From positions 42,160,001-42,224,000 of the forward strand of contig OZ024750.1 of assembly GCA_964016885.1 (NCBI GenBank): a DNA stretch of 64,000 nucleotides. The letters are read 5' to 3'. The position numbers and the translations under genes were made by a program. Below are positions 39,406 to 52,334 of this stretch, piece after piece. The notes under the pieces are model-generated. The model searched no databases and had not been told where the DNA came from. It was given only the letters and a program-made list of their open reading frames with translations. How positions within the stretch are numbered: the stretch's first letter is position 1; each line of letters starts with the position of its first letter. This stretch comes from Eledone cirrhosa. Its lineage: Eukaryota.

Positions 39406-40871
39406 AGTGTGTGTGTGCGTATACATGTGTGTGTTTACTGTATGGATATGTTCTCTAACTTAGCAGTTCAACAAAAAGAGATTGATAAATTAAGTACTGG
39501 ACTTAAAAAAGATAAGTGCATGGTCACAATCTGACTGAATACCAGTAAAAGAATAAATGTAGGGCCAGTAAATTTACTGCTCTAAAGGTACATTTACTTC
39601 CCCCTGTTGGAAGTCCCCAGTCTGTTGTGCCCACCGTGTACACACAAACACTGGAATGTTTATAGTGAAGAGCATGTGTAGCTTCTGCTTAAATTGTTCC
39701 TGCACAATTCTAAATATAGTGCAGAGTCTAATGTTGAATAGCAGTGGCTCTTTTTACTTTTTCAAAAAGCAAACATCTCATGTCAGCAGAGGCTTTGGGG
39801 GGACATTTTACTTGTTTGCTTTCACAATATATTCCTAAACAATTTGTCTGCAGAGTTTACATAACTCTCTTCCATAGAAAGATTAGTTTTTCTGGCACAT
39901 GTTATCTGATGCCACAGGTATAGAAGAATTATATATGCTAGCTTGGCTCACTTCCAAAATGTTCATAGATGTATTCTTAGGTAGTCTACATGTTTCTGGC
40001 AGATAGCTTTTACCTTCATATACTGTTGACTGTTTAAAATATTTTCTCACTGAACGAAATATAGCAACGATATTGACTTATTTCTTTCACCGACAATACA
40101 TTATTAGTTACTTTACAATAATTAGAAAGCTGTCAATCCTTTCTGGAACAAATAAATACAATACTTTGCTATTTATTCTCAGCTTAAGATGGACCTGGTC
40201 TCTTTGATCAGTTTTATATAACTATTCCAAAAGTTGATGACTTGTCAGAGAGTTGGGCAAAATGCCTTTGTGGCATTTGTTCAGGTTCTCTGAGTGCTGG
40301 GTTCAAATTCTAAGGTCAACTTGGCCTTTCATCCTTTAGGGTTTAATAAATTACTACTAGTCCAGAGCAGCAGTCATGTTAAAATTATTAAAAAAACACC
40401 AGATGGGATGGAATAGGATACCTTGTGGTGTCTGTTTTCTTGTGCATTCTGAATTAAAATCCTGTCTCTTGTTATTGGTTTGAAGCCCCTACCATTAAAA
40501 CACTTAAGAGACCTGCTAAAAAGTGCCCAGCCTAGACTTTAAAGTGGTCGTGAGGGCGATACGACAAATAGCACCTGATACTAACTGTAAATATGGTTGG
40601 CACTAGGAAGGGCATCCAGCTGTAGAAACCAAGCCAAAATCGGTTCTGTATGAGCATAGCATGGTCACCTGACCTAGCATTGCTCACAACAGGATAACTT
40701 GTCTAACCCATGCCAGCATGGAAAAATGGATGTTAAATGGTGCTGATGAAGATGGCTAAACCTAAGGAGGTGTGAACCATATGAACTAGTCTATCTTCTT
40801 ATTTATAGTTTTTAAAGTTAAATCTGTGGAATTATATTTTTTCATCGATGCTGTTGTAGGTAACATTTTAT

Positions 40872-42242
40872 TTAACCCTTTACCATTCACATTACTCTAT
40901 ATATACTATTGTATTTTCACAGTAAAGGCTTTACCTCACATAATATTTACATTACTCTATATATACTATTGTATTTTCACAGTAAAGGCTTTACCTCACA
41001 TAATATTTACATTACTCTATATATACTATTGTATTTTCACAGTAAAGGCTTTACCTCACATACCATTTACATTACTCTATATATACTATTGTATTTTCAC
41101 AGTAAAGGCTTTACCTCACATACCATTTACATTACTCTATATATACTATTGTATTTTCACAGTAAAGGCTTTACCTCACATAATATCTCACATACCATTT
41201 ACATTACTCTATATATACTATTGTATTTTCACAGTAAAGGCTTTACCTCACATACCATTTACATTACTCTATATATACTATTGTATTTTCACAGTAAAGG
41301 CTTTACCTCACATACCATTTACATTACTCTATATATACTATTGTATTTTCACAGTAAAGGCTTTACCTCACATAATATCTCACATAACATTCACATTACT
41401 CTATATATACTATTGTATTTTCACAGTAAAGGCTTTACCTTACATAATATCTCACATAACATTCACATTACTCTATATATACTATTGTATTTTCACAGTA
41501 AAGGCTTTACCTCACATAATACCTCACATAACATTTACATTACTCTATATATACTATTGTATTTTCACAGTAAAGGCTTTACCTTACATAATATCTCACA
41601 TAACATTCACATTACTCTATATATACTATTGTATTTTCACAGTAAAGGCTTTACCTCACATAATATCTCATATAACATTCACATTACTCTATATATACTA
41701 TTGTATTTTCACAGTAAAGGCTTTACCTTACATAATATCTCACATAACATTCACATTACTCTATATATACTATTGTATTTTCACAGTAAAGGCTTTACCT
41801 CACATAATATCTCATATAACATTCATATTACTCTATATATGCTATTGTATTTTCACAGTAAAGGCTTTATACCTCACATAATATCTCACATAACATTCAC
41901 ATTACTCTATATATACTATTGTATTTTCACAGTAAAGGCTTTATACCTCACATAATATCTCACATAACATTCACATTACTCTATATATACTATTGTATTT
42001 TCACAGTAAAGGCTTTATACCTCACATAATATCTCACATAACATTCACATTACTCTATATATACTATTGTATTATCACGGTAAAGGTTTTATTTCACATA
42101 AAATCAAATTTATGAGATTTTGATATTTATTTTGAGAACAATACCTTAACATCAGTATGAGTAGTCAGTTACAGCCGGTTTCAACAGAAAGATGTCAGAT
42201 AATTCTGGCTGGATACGGATGGTTTAAATGCTAAACGGTAAA
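40872..42242 (+). mobile_element. M1 MITE with ~18 internal units of 60, 72 or 74 bp
   Basis: Lines 40921-41101 repeat at exactly 60 bp; later units are 72-74 bp. Confidence 0.9.
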
Positions 42243-42296
42243 AATCTGGAATTATTTCATCAATGCTGTTGTAGCAGTAACACATTATTTCATTTT

Positions 42297-42482
42297 GGTG
42301 GTTTGGCAGTATCGGTAGAGGGTCGGACAACATGCTTTGTAGCACAGAGTTACGTCCCTTTCTGATCTAAGTTCAAATCCTGCCGAGGTTAACTTTGCCT
42401 TTCATCCTTACAGGGTTGATAAAATAAAGTACCAGTAATGCACTGGGTAATTGCTGGCCTTGTGCCAAAAGTAGAAACAATT
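42297..42482 (+). mobile_element. SINE family A with ATTATTTCATTTT TSD
   Basis: A and B boxes, conserved body, flanking direct repeat. Confidence 0.85.
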
Positions 42483-42765
42483 ATTTCATTTTACTTGACT
42501 CCAGTTGTTTGGTGATTTTTGTTTTGTTTTCTATTCTTTCTTTTTTTGTTATTTAATGTTTCTCCTGTAACAACACATTGGACTTCTTAAGCAACACAAG
42601 AGTTTTATTTTTAACATCTATAGAACTAGGATTACAACAACAAAAAACAATTTTCAAAATGGTGATTGTCTAGACTATTTTATTTTGAGTGTTTTTTTTT
42701 TTTTTTTATGTTTTGAATTTAAAATTAATATAACACAAACTGCAATTGCGAGTGTGTGTTGGAGC

Positions 42766-43770
42766 AGCAATACACTGTGGTATGTCAGTGTGTAGGACCA
42801 ACAATACACAGTGGTATGTCAGTGTGTAGTAACAGCAATACACAGTGGTATGTCAGTGTGTAGTAACAGCAATACACAGTGGTATTTCAGTGTGTAGTAA
42901 CAGCAGTACAGTGGTATTTCAGTGTGTAGTAACAGCAGTACACAGTGGTATTTCAGTGTGTAGTAACAGCAGTACACAGTGGTATGTCGGCGTGTAGTAA
43001 CAGCAGTACACAGTGGTATTTCAGTGTGTAGTAACAGCAGTGCACAGTGGTATGTCGGTGTGTAGTAACAGCAGTACACAGTGGTATTTCAGTGTGTAGT
43101 AACAGAAGTACACAGTGGTATGTTGGTGTGTAGTAACAGCAGTACACAGTGGTATTTCAGTGTGCAGTAACAGCAGTACACAGTGGTATTTCAGTGTGTA
43201 GTAACAGCAGTACACAGTGGTATGTCAGTGTGTAGTAACAGCAGTACACAGTTGTATTTCAGTGTGTAGTAACAGCAGTACACAGTGGTATGTCGGTGTG
43301 TAGTAACAGCAGTACACAGTGGTATGTCGGTGTGTAGTAACAGCAGTACACAGTGGTATGTCAGTGTGTAGTAACAGCAGTACACAGTGGTATGTCTGTG
43401 TAGGACCAACAATACACAGTGGTATGTCAGTGTGTAGTAACAGCAATACAGTGGTATTTCAGTGTGTAGTAACAGCAGTACACAGTGGTATGTCAGTGTG
43501 TAGAAACAGCAGTACACAGTGGTATGTCAGTGTGTAGTAACAGCAGTACACAGTGGTATGTCTGTGTAGGACCAACAATACACAGTGGTATGTCAGTGTG
43601 TAGTAACAGCAATACAGTGGTATTTCAGTGTGTAGTAACAGCAGTACAGTGGTATTTCAGTGTGTAGTAACAGCAGTACACAGTGGTATGTCAGTGTGTA
43701 GTAACAGCAGTACACAGTGGTATTTCAGTGTGTAAACAGCAGTACACAGTGGTATGTCAGTGTGTAGGAC
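42766..43770. repeat. satellite F: ~30 units of 34 bp, AGTGTGTAGTAACAGCAGTACACAGTGGTATKTC
   Basis: Read directly; abuts a minus-strand SINE head at 43771-43849. Confidence 0.95.
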
Positions 43771-44036
43771 CATCGCCTGGTTCAGGAATCGAACTCACAA
43801 CCTTACGATTGCGAATCCAATTCTCTAACCACTCAGCCACACGCCTTCACTTCATGTGTATGTATATATGTATGTGTATATATGTATGTATATATATGTA
43901 TGTATGTATGTATATATATGTATATATATATAATGTGTGTGTATATATGTGTATGTATATATGTATGTATATATATATATATATCTAACCCATGCTAGCG
44001 TGGAAGAACGGACGTAAAACGGTGATCATGATGATA

Positions 44037-44224
44037 TCATTTCATTCATTTCATTTCATTTTACGTCTGCTTTTCCCTGCTTGCAAGGGTGGGAACTGAT
44101 TCTGGCTTGATTTCTACAGCTGGATGCCCTTCCTAACACCGACCTCATTTACAGTGAGTGCTGGGTGCTTTTTTGCCGTGGCACCTCCACGACCACTTTG
44201 CAGTGGAATGATAGGGACCCCAGT
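44037..44224 (-). mobile_element. SINE family B, 3' half
   Basis: Reverse complement of the 10850-11030 segment. Confidence 0.85.
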
Positions 44225-44368
44225 AAATATCATCTTGGTTAAGAGAGTGGGACTGGCTTTGTGCAGTGCCTTTGCTCACTATAAAAGCTTCACGGCACAG
44301 GCATTGCTTTATATCTGGAGATCTCTCTGCACTTGTCGTCACATGGTACCATGGGCCCAGCACTATGT

Positions 44369-45670
44369 GTCAAAATGGCCATGCTCAGTGTGTAGGAAAG
44401 GCGTAGGTAGAAACTCCATTTTATGTCCCAAATGCAAAGTATGGGTGCATAAAAGATGTAGTGGGATCACAGGTAAGCTAACTAAGAACATAGATTTTAC
44501 ATGTGGCCGGTGCTCTGGTGCAATAAGTAGCAGCAAGTGCCCACAAAATACTAGCTCCTTCAACTGCGCAGAGGGTTCTATAGAAATAGTGGACAGCTTC
44601 CGTTATCTGGGTGACAAAATCAGCAGTGGGGGAGGGTGCTCTGAAAGTACAGTAGCTAGAGTCAGAACTGGATGGAAAAAGTTCAGAGAGCTTATACCAC
44701 TATGAGCCGCTAGAGGGTTCTCCCTAAAAATGAAAGGCAGGTTATACGATGCCTGCATACGAACAGCAATGCTGCATGGCAGTGAGACCTGGGCATTGTG
44801 TGCAGAGGATATACGCAGACTAGAGAGGAACGAAGCTTGCATGCTCCGCTGGATGTGCAATAGTAATATACGTGAACGGCAAAGCATAAACGAACTAAGG
44901 AAAAAATTAGAAATAAGAGGGATCAGATGTTGTTTACTCGAGAGAAGGCTACGTTGGTACGGTCACGTGATGCGCATGAAAGACGACAGCTGTATAACAA
45001 AGTGCAGGGCAATAAAGATAGACGGTAACCACGGAGTAGGCAGACCCAGAAAAACATGGGACGAGCTGATAAATTCCGACCTCACACGCTTACACCTCTC
45101 CAAGACAATGTCACTGGACCGAGACCTTTGGCGGTACTCAGTAATAGAGAAGACCCGCCTTACCTAAATACAAAGTAAAAACCTACTACAGTCAGTAGGC
45201 ATCTCTATCAAAACACCCCCCCGTCCCACCACCTCCACCCCACCCACACCGCCCCTTTCAATGTAAAGTTATGTTGGTCCCACAACATCCAGGCCGAAAC
45301 AAATGAGATCGTGTAGGTGTCACGACAAAAAACACACAGTCCACGCTGTAAATGTGGCCGTGTAGGCAACACGGTAAAAACCTCCCAGCCCCACACTGTA
45401 AATGTGGTTGGTGTTAGGAAAGGCATCCAGCTGTAGAAAACCCGCCAGACAGTCCACGCTGTAATGTGGCCGTGTAGGCAACACGGTAAAAACCTCCCAG
45501 CCCCACACTGTAAATGTGGTTGGTGTTAGGAAGGGCATCCAACTGTAGAAAACCCGCCAGACAGTCCTATGCGAGCAAGACAACCACTCTTGCCTCAAGT
45601 GGGAAAACACCCGTCCAAACCCATGCAAGCGTGGAACACGGACGCTAAACCTGATGATGATGATGATGAT
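44369..45670 (+). pseudogene. 5'-truncated RTE LINE: PHD-like finger, RT thumb and C-terminus with one in-frame stop, 3' UTR and (GAT)n tail
   Basis: KWPCSVCRKGVGRNSILCPKCKVWVHKRCSG...FTCGRC, VDSFRYLG, WKKFRELIPL*...YDACIRTAMLHGSETW, ERRLRWYGHVMR, GRPRKTW; TGA at 44703; ~112-bp UTR duplication at 45337-45565. Confidence 0.92.
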
Positions 45671-45815
45671 GAATTGTCACAAGTGTAGTGTTTGTACCAG
45701 AGTTTTCAAGTCGCTGGCTGGACTAAAAAGTCACACTTGTTCAGTGCATCGGTAGGGGTTCTCCTACATGGATATAAAGTAGTGGCCGTACTCGAAAACG
45801 AGTTGGCAGCCACCA

Positions 45816-46255
45816 TGTATATATATATATATATGAGTGTGTATATGTGTATGTATGTATGTATATGTGTATGTATGTATGAATAAATATATATGTGTAT
45901 GTATGTATGAATAAATATATATGTATGTATATATGTGTGTATGTATGTATATATATGTGTGTATGTATGTATATATATATGTGTATGTATGTATATATAT
46001 ATGTGTGTATGTATGTATATATATATGTGTGTATGTATGTATATATATATGTGTGTATGTATATATATGTGTGTGTATATATATGTGTATGTGTGTATAT
46101 ATATGTGTATGTGTGTATATATATGTGTATGCATGTATGTATGTATATATATGTGTATGTGTATGTATGTATATGTGTATGTATGTATATATATATGTGT
46201 GTATGTATGTATATATATATGTGTGTATGTATGTATGTATATGTATATATGTATG

Positions 46256-46288
<33 letters not shown>

Positions 46289-46330
46289 CTATCATCAATC
46301 ATTTTACGTCTGCTTATCCCTGCTTTTATA

Positions 46331-46385
<55 letters not shown>

Positions 46386-46435
46386 AAGTGTGTGTATATA
46401 TATATATACATATAGACATACATACATATTTATAT
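45816..46435. repeat. (TA)/(TG)/(TATG) compound microsatellite
   Basis: Read directly from the sequence. Confidence 0.95.
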
Positions 46436-46679
46436 ATTTAAGAAATGTTAGGATAGTTGGATGTTTTCAAAGTTTTACTAATATTAGAATATTTTCCCAT
46501 CTTATTTAGATATTTATGACTTGGAAATCATCTTGTAGTTCTGTTCAAAAGTGAAAGTGCCAATTCTAAAAAGCTGATGCTATGTTTTTGGTTGATTTAA
46601 AATTTTTTTTTAATTTTTATTTATTATTCTTTGTTATTTATTTTTTCTTTTCTTTCTTTTTCTTTTTTTTTTTCTTTAG

Positions 46680-46726
46680 TGATGTTTTATATATTTTTGT
46701 TGTCTGAGATACAATTTTTCAAAAAG
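46680..46726 (+). other. candidate 47-nt internal exon, probably non-coding
   Basis: Long polypyrimidine tract and TTTAG acceptor; AAG|GTATGT donor; non-repetitive context. Confidence 0.35.
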
Positions 46727-46968
46727 GTATGTTTTAAAAATTATCGCTATTTTAAAATTTCTTGTCAGAAAATACAGACTACATAAATACAATTATTATA
46801 TTATATAACTGTGTATGATGAGACATTACCTAACGGGTTAGTGTTGGGGTCACATTCATATAGTTGTGGGTTCAATTACTGCACTGGGTTGTAAGGGTGG
46901 CAGATTGTGTCCTTAAGCAAGACACTTCATTGTGTGTTGCTTTCATGACAGGACTCAGTACCCTATCA

Positions 46969-47179
46969 TTAACCTTTTAGCATTTAAACTGGCCGTATCC
47001 GGCCAGAATTCTCTCACCTCTTTCTGTTCAAACCAGCCATAACTGGCTGCTCATACTTATGTTAAAGTATTATTCTCAGAATAAATAATATCAAAATCTT
47101 GTAGATTCGATATTATGTGAGGTAAAGTGTTTGTGAAAATACAATAGTAAATATAGAGAAATGTAAATACTAAAGGGTT
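46969..47179 (-). mobile_element. M1 MITE inside a degenerate SINE
   Basis: TTAACCTTTTAGCATTTAAAC ... ACTAAAGGGTT. Confidence 0.8.
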
Positions 47180-47600
47180 TCGTCCCACCCTTGCAAGCAG
47201 GGAAAAGTGGACGTAAAATGATGATGATGATGATTTTAAACCAGGAACTTCATTTTGTGTTGGTGTTCATGACAGGGCTCGGTACCCTATCATTAAAACC
47301 CTTGGGAAACATATGGGGTGCTACCTCATAGAATGAAGGCCAGTTAAACCTACAGGTGTGTGTGTGTGTGTGTGCAAATTTTGTTGTTTTTCATTTCATA
47401 ATCATTCTTGTAACAATTGTACTCACTGTATGAAATTTATGCAGTTTTAATTGTTATTGACTCATCATCATCATTGTCGTCATTATGTCTTCTATGTCAG
47501 CATGGGTTAGATAAGGCATTTTTTTGAGGCAGTGTTCAATGGTTAGATGCCCTTTCTAATAACAACCTTTACTTTATTTCTGTGTTATCATCATCACCGT

Positions 47601-48587
47601 TTAACCCTTTAACATTTACATTACTCTATATATACTATTGTATTTTCACAGTAAGGCTTTACCTCACATAATATCTCACATAACATTTACATTACTCTAT
47701 ATATACTATTGTATTTTCACAGTAAGGCTTTACCTCACATATCTCACATAATATTTACATTACTCTATATATACTATTGTATTTTCACAGTAAGGCTTTA
47801 CCTCACATATCTCACATAATATTTACATTACTCTATATATACTATTGTATTTTCACAGTAAGGCTTTACCTCACATAATATCTCACACAACATTTACATT
47901 ACTCTATATATACTATTGTATTTTCACAGTAAAGGCTTTACCTCACATAATATCTCACATAACATTTACATTACTCTATATATACTATTGTATTTTTGCA
48001 GTAAAGGCTTTACCTCACATAATATCTCACATAACATTTACATTACTCTATATATACTATTGTATTTTCACAGTAAGGCTTTACCTCACATATCTCACAT
48101 AATATTTACATTACTCTATATATACTATTGTATTTTCACAGTAAAGCTTTACCTCACATAATATCTCACATAACATTTACATTACTCTATATATACTATT
48201 GTATTTTCACAGTAAAGGCTTTACCTCACATAATATCTCACATAACATTTACATTACTCTATATATACTATTGTATTTTTGCAGTAAAGGCTTTACCTCA
48301 CATAATATCTCACATAACATTTACATTACTCTATATATACTATTGTATTTTCACAGTAAAGGCTTTACCTCACATAATATCTCACATAACATTTACATTA
48401 CTCTATATATACTATTGTATTTTCACAGTAAAGGCTTTACCTCACATAATATCAAATCTATGAGATTTTGATATTATTTTGAGAACAATACCTTAACATT
48501 AGTATGAGTAGCCAGTTATGGCTGGTTTGAACAGAAAGTGGTGAGAATTCTGGCCGGATATTGTTGGTATAAATGGTAAAGGGTTAA
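47601..48587 (+). mobile_element. M1 MITE with ~12 internal units (68-72 bp), inserted in an RTE/SINE tail
   Basis: CATCATCACCGT-TTAA[MITE]TTAA-TGACCATTTCCACGCTAGCATG. Confidence 0.9.
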
Positions 48588-49700
48588 TGACCATTTCCAC
48601 GCTAGCATGTGTTATAACCTGGTGATTTCTGTTGAACTGTTATGTTGTAGGACATAAAGAAACATCACTGCTTGCTGAAATTATATCAATATCAACACAC
48701 ACACACACACACACATACTTTGCAGGCTTCTACACAGTTTGTGTCTACAAAATTCACTCACAAGGTTTTTTTTTTTATAATTGCTACTTTTATAAATTTA
48801 TGAAGTGATGAAGTGTTGTTTCTTTGACTGAGACTATTTTAGCTCAGGAAATGTGAGTGTTTATTAAAGAATTGGCAACAGGACATTTCACTTACTGAAG
48901 ATTGTTTCAAAGAACATTGAAAGGAAATTATGTTTTATGAAATCTTTATAAAAATATTTATATTCTGAAACATTTCTGGTAAAACGCCAGGAATTATTTT
49001 GATGAAATCAATCTAGTATTTGGCTGTTGTTTGACTGACCCTGGAAGGATTGTCTTCTCTTCTTTGCCCATGAGAGGGTCGTGGGGCAGAGTCCTCAAAC
49101 ACTCCCTCCAGTGGCTCCTGTCAGAAGGGAGTGTTTGAGGACTGCCCTGGAAGGATGAAAAGTAAAAATTGTCTGACCTTGGCATTTGAACTCAATGTAA
49201 AGTACTGGAAGAAATACTGCGAGTAATTATACTTGGTGCGCTAACGAGTCGTTAGTACGTTGGACAAAATGCTTTACTGCATTTACTCATAGTGCTTTTA
49301 CATCATCATCATCATCATCATTGTTGCCATCACTAACAGCATCGCCATCACTAACAGCATCGCCATGACCAGCCGCATCATGTCCGTTTTCCCATCCTTG
49401 CATGGGTTGGACAGGTCCTCAACATGGCATCTCTCCACTCACTACACTCCTCCCTCATCTCCTCCGTGATTTGAGGTCAGCTCTCATCACCTCTGCCCAG
49501 GTTTATCTTGGTCTGCCTCTACTGCGACTTTCTTCTACAAGTTAAAATCTACCCACAGTCAATTTTGCCTTTCATCCTTCTGGGGTCAATAAAATACAGA
49601 ATCGTTCATGTATTGGGGTTGATTTAATCCATATTAGGAACCAGTATTATTTTTATTATTATTATTATTATTATTGTGGAATAATAATAATAATAATAAT

Positions 49701-50635
49701 TGCGGTGGATTGGCAGTATCGGTAGAGAGTCGGACGCCATGCTTTGACGCATAGAGCTCTTGCCATTCTGAGTTCAAATCCCGCCGAGGTTAACTTTGCC
49801 TTTCATCCTTACGGGGTCGATAAAATAAAGTACCAGTAATACACTGAGTAATTGCTGGCCTTGTGCCTAAAATAGAAACAATTATTATTATTATTATTAT
49901 TAGGGCAGTGGATTAGCAGTGTCGGTAGAGGGTTGGACACCATACTTTGCAGCATAGAGTTACGGTCCTTTATGGTCTGAGTTCAAATCCCGCCGAGGTT
50001 AATTTTGCCTTTCATCCTTACAGGGTCGATAAAATAAAGTACCAGTAATGTACTGGGTAATTGCTGGTCTTGTGCCAAAAGTAGAAACAATTATTTTTAT
50101 TAGTGTTGAACAAAATACTTTGTGGCTGTTTATGTCCTCAGTTGAAATCCTGCCGGGGTCAGTGTTGTTTTTCATCCTTCTGAGGTCAAGAAAAGAAAGA
50201 ACCAGTCAAGTACTGGGGTCAATTTAATTGAGCCCCCACCCCCTACAGATTTCTGGCCATGTGCCTAAATTAGAAATCATTATTTTCTCTACACATGAGT
50301 TCAAATTCCACCGAGGTCATGTTTGCATTTCATCTTTTCAGAGTCAATAAAGTACCAGTAATGTACTGGGGTTGATATAATCAACTTCTCCCTAAATTGC
50401 CTTGTCTATAAAGTAGAAATCATTATTTATAATAATAATGGTTTCTTATATAGGCACAACACCAGTAATTTGGGGGCAGGTTGATTAAATCGACCCTAGT
50501 GCATTACTGGTACTTTTTATAAGGTTGAAAGGCAGAGTTAATCTTGGCGGTATTTGAACTCAGATCATAAAGGGCCGTAACTCTATGCTGCAAAGCAGGG
50601 TGTCTGACACTCTACTGGTTATACCAATCCACTGC
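49701..50635. mobile_element. cluster of about 5 SINE A copies of varying divergence
   Basis: 49701-49883 and 49903-50093 are close to the other full copies (+); degenerate + copies continue to 50420; a minus copy lies at 50438-50635. Confidence 0.8.
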
Positions 50636-50683
50636 CTTTAACAATAATTGATCATAGGAAATATCTAAAGAGAATCAGTTATT

Positions 50684-52197
50684 AATATTGACCACATGTC
50701 ACTCCCAATATTGACCACATGTAAAGTACATGTCACTCCCAATATTGACCACATGTAAAGTACATGTCTCCCCCAATATTGACCACATGTAAAGTACATG
50801 TCTCCCCCAATATTGACCACATATAAAGTATACGTGACACCCAATATTGACCACATGTAAAGTACATGTCTCCCACCACATGTAAAGTATACGTGACACC
50901 CAATATTGACCACATGTAAAGTACATGTCTCCCCCAATATTGACCACATGTAAAGTATACGTGACACCCAATATTGACCACATGTAAAGTACATGTCTCC
51001 CCCAATATTGACCACATGTAAAGTACATGTCTCCCCCAATATTGACCACATGTAAAGTATACGTGACACCCAATATTGACCACATGTAAAATACTTATCT
51101 CTCCCAATATTGACCACATGTAAAATACTTACCTCTCCCAATATTGACCACATGTAAAGTACATGTCTCCCCCAATATTAACCACATGTAAAGTACATGT
51201 CTCCCCCAATATTAACCACATGTAAAGTACATGTCTTCCCCAATATTGACCACATGTAAAGTATACGTGACACCCAATATTGACCACATGTAAAGTACAT
51301 GTCTCCCCCAATATTGACCACATGTAAAGTACATGTCTCCCCCAATATTGACCACATGTAAAGTATACGTGACACCCAATATTGACCACATGTAAAGTAC
51401 ATGTCTCCCCCAATATTGACCACATGTAAAATACTTATCTCTCCCAATATTGACCACATGTAAAATACTTACCTCTCCCAATATTGACCACATGTAAAGT
51501 ACATGTCTCCCCCAATATTAACCACATGTAAAGTACATGTCTCCCCCAATATTGACCACATGTAAAGTACATGTCTCCCCCAATATTGACCACATGTAAA
51601 ATACTTATCTCTCCCAATATTGACCACATGTAAAGTACATGTCTCTCAATATTGACCACATGTAAAGTACATGAGACTCCCAATATTGACCACATGTAAA
51701 GTACATCTCCCCCAATATGAACCACATGTAAAGTACATATCTCCCCCAATATTGACCACATGTAAAATACATATCTCTCCCAATATTGACCACATGTAAA
51801 ATACTTATCTCTCCCAATATTGACCAGATGTAAAAAGTACATGTCACCCCCAATATTGAAAACATCTAAAGTACATGTCTCTCCCAATATTGACCACATG
51901 TAAAGTACATGTCTCTCCCAATATTGACCACATGTAAAGTACATATCTCTCCCAATATTGACCACATGTAAAGTACATATCTCTCCCAATATTGACCACA
52001 TGTAAAGTACATGTCTCTCCCAATATTGACCACATGTAAAGTACATGTCTCTCCCAATATTGACCACATGTAAAGTACGTCACTCCCAATATTGACCACA
52101 TGTAAAGTACATGTCACTCCCAATATTGACCACATGTAAAGTACATGTCACTCCCAATATTGACCACATGTAAAGTACATGTGACTCCCAATATTGA
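50684..52197. repeat. satellite E: ~44 units of 34 bp, CCCAATATTGACCACATGTAAAGTACATGTCTCC
   Basis: Read directly; internal palindromes CAATATTG and ACATGT. Confidence 0.95.
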
Positions 52198-52334
52198 TTA
52201 TAAACTCCTTAACGTCTGTCTCATTTCATGTCATTTCTAATAACCAGACCTTATTACCTCCCTTCCCTCATCAGTTCTAAATGTTCACACTTGGAGCTGA
52301 CAATATTCCATTATTTCACACCAGGTGCTTTATG

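Noticed and set aside
50684-52197. Shared CACATG/CATGTG (E-box or p53-like) motif in satellites A, D and E
   Set aside because: A 6-mer readily produced by CpG decay of CACGTG (the RTE copy has CACGTG at the homologous GHV codons); there is no full p53 consensus
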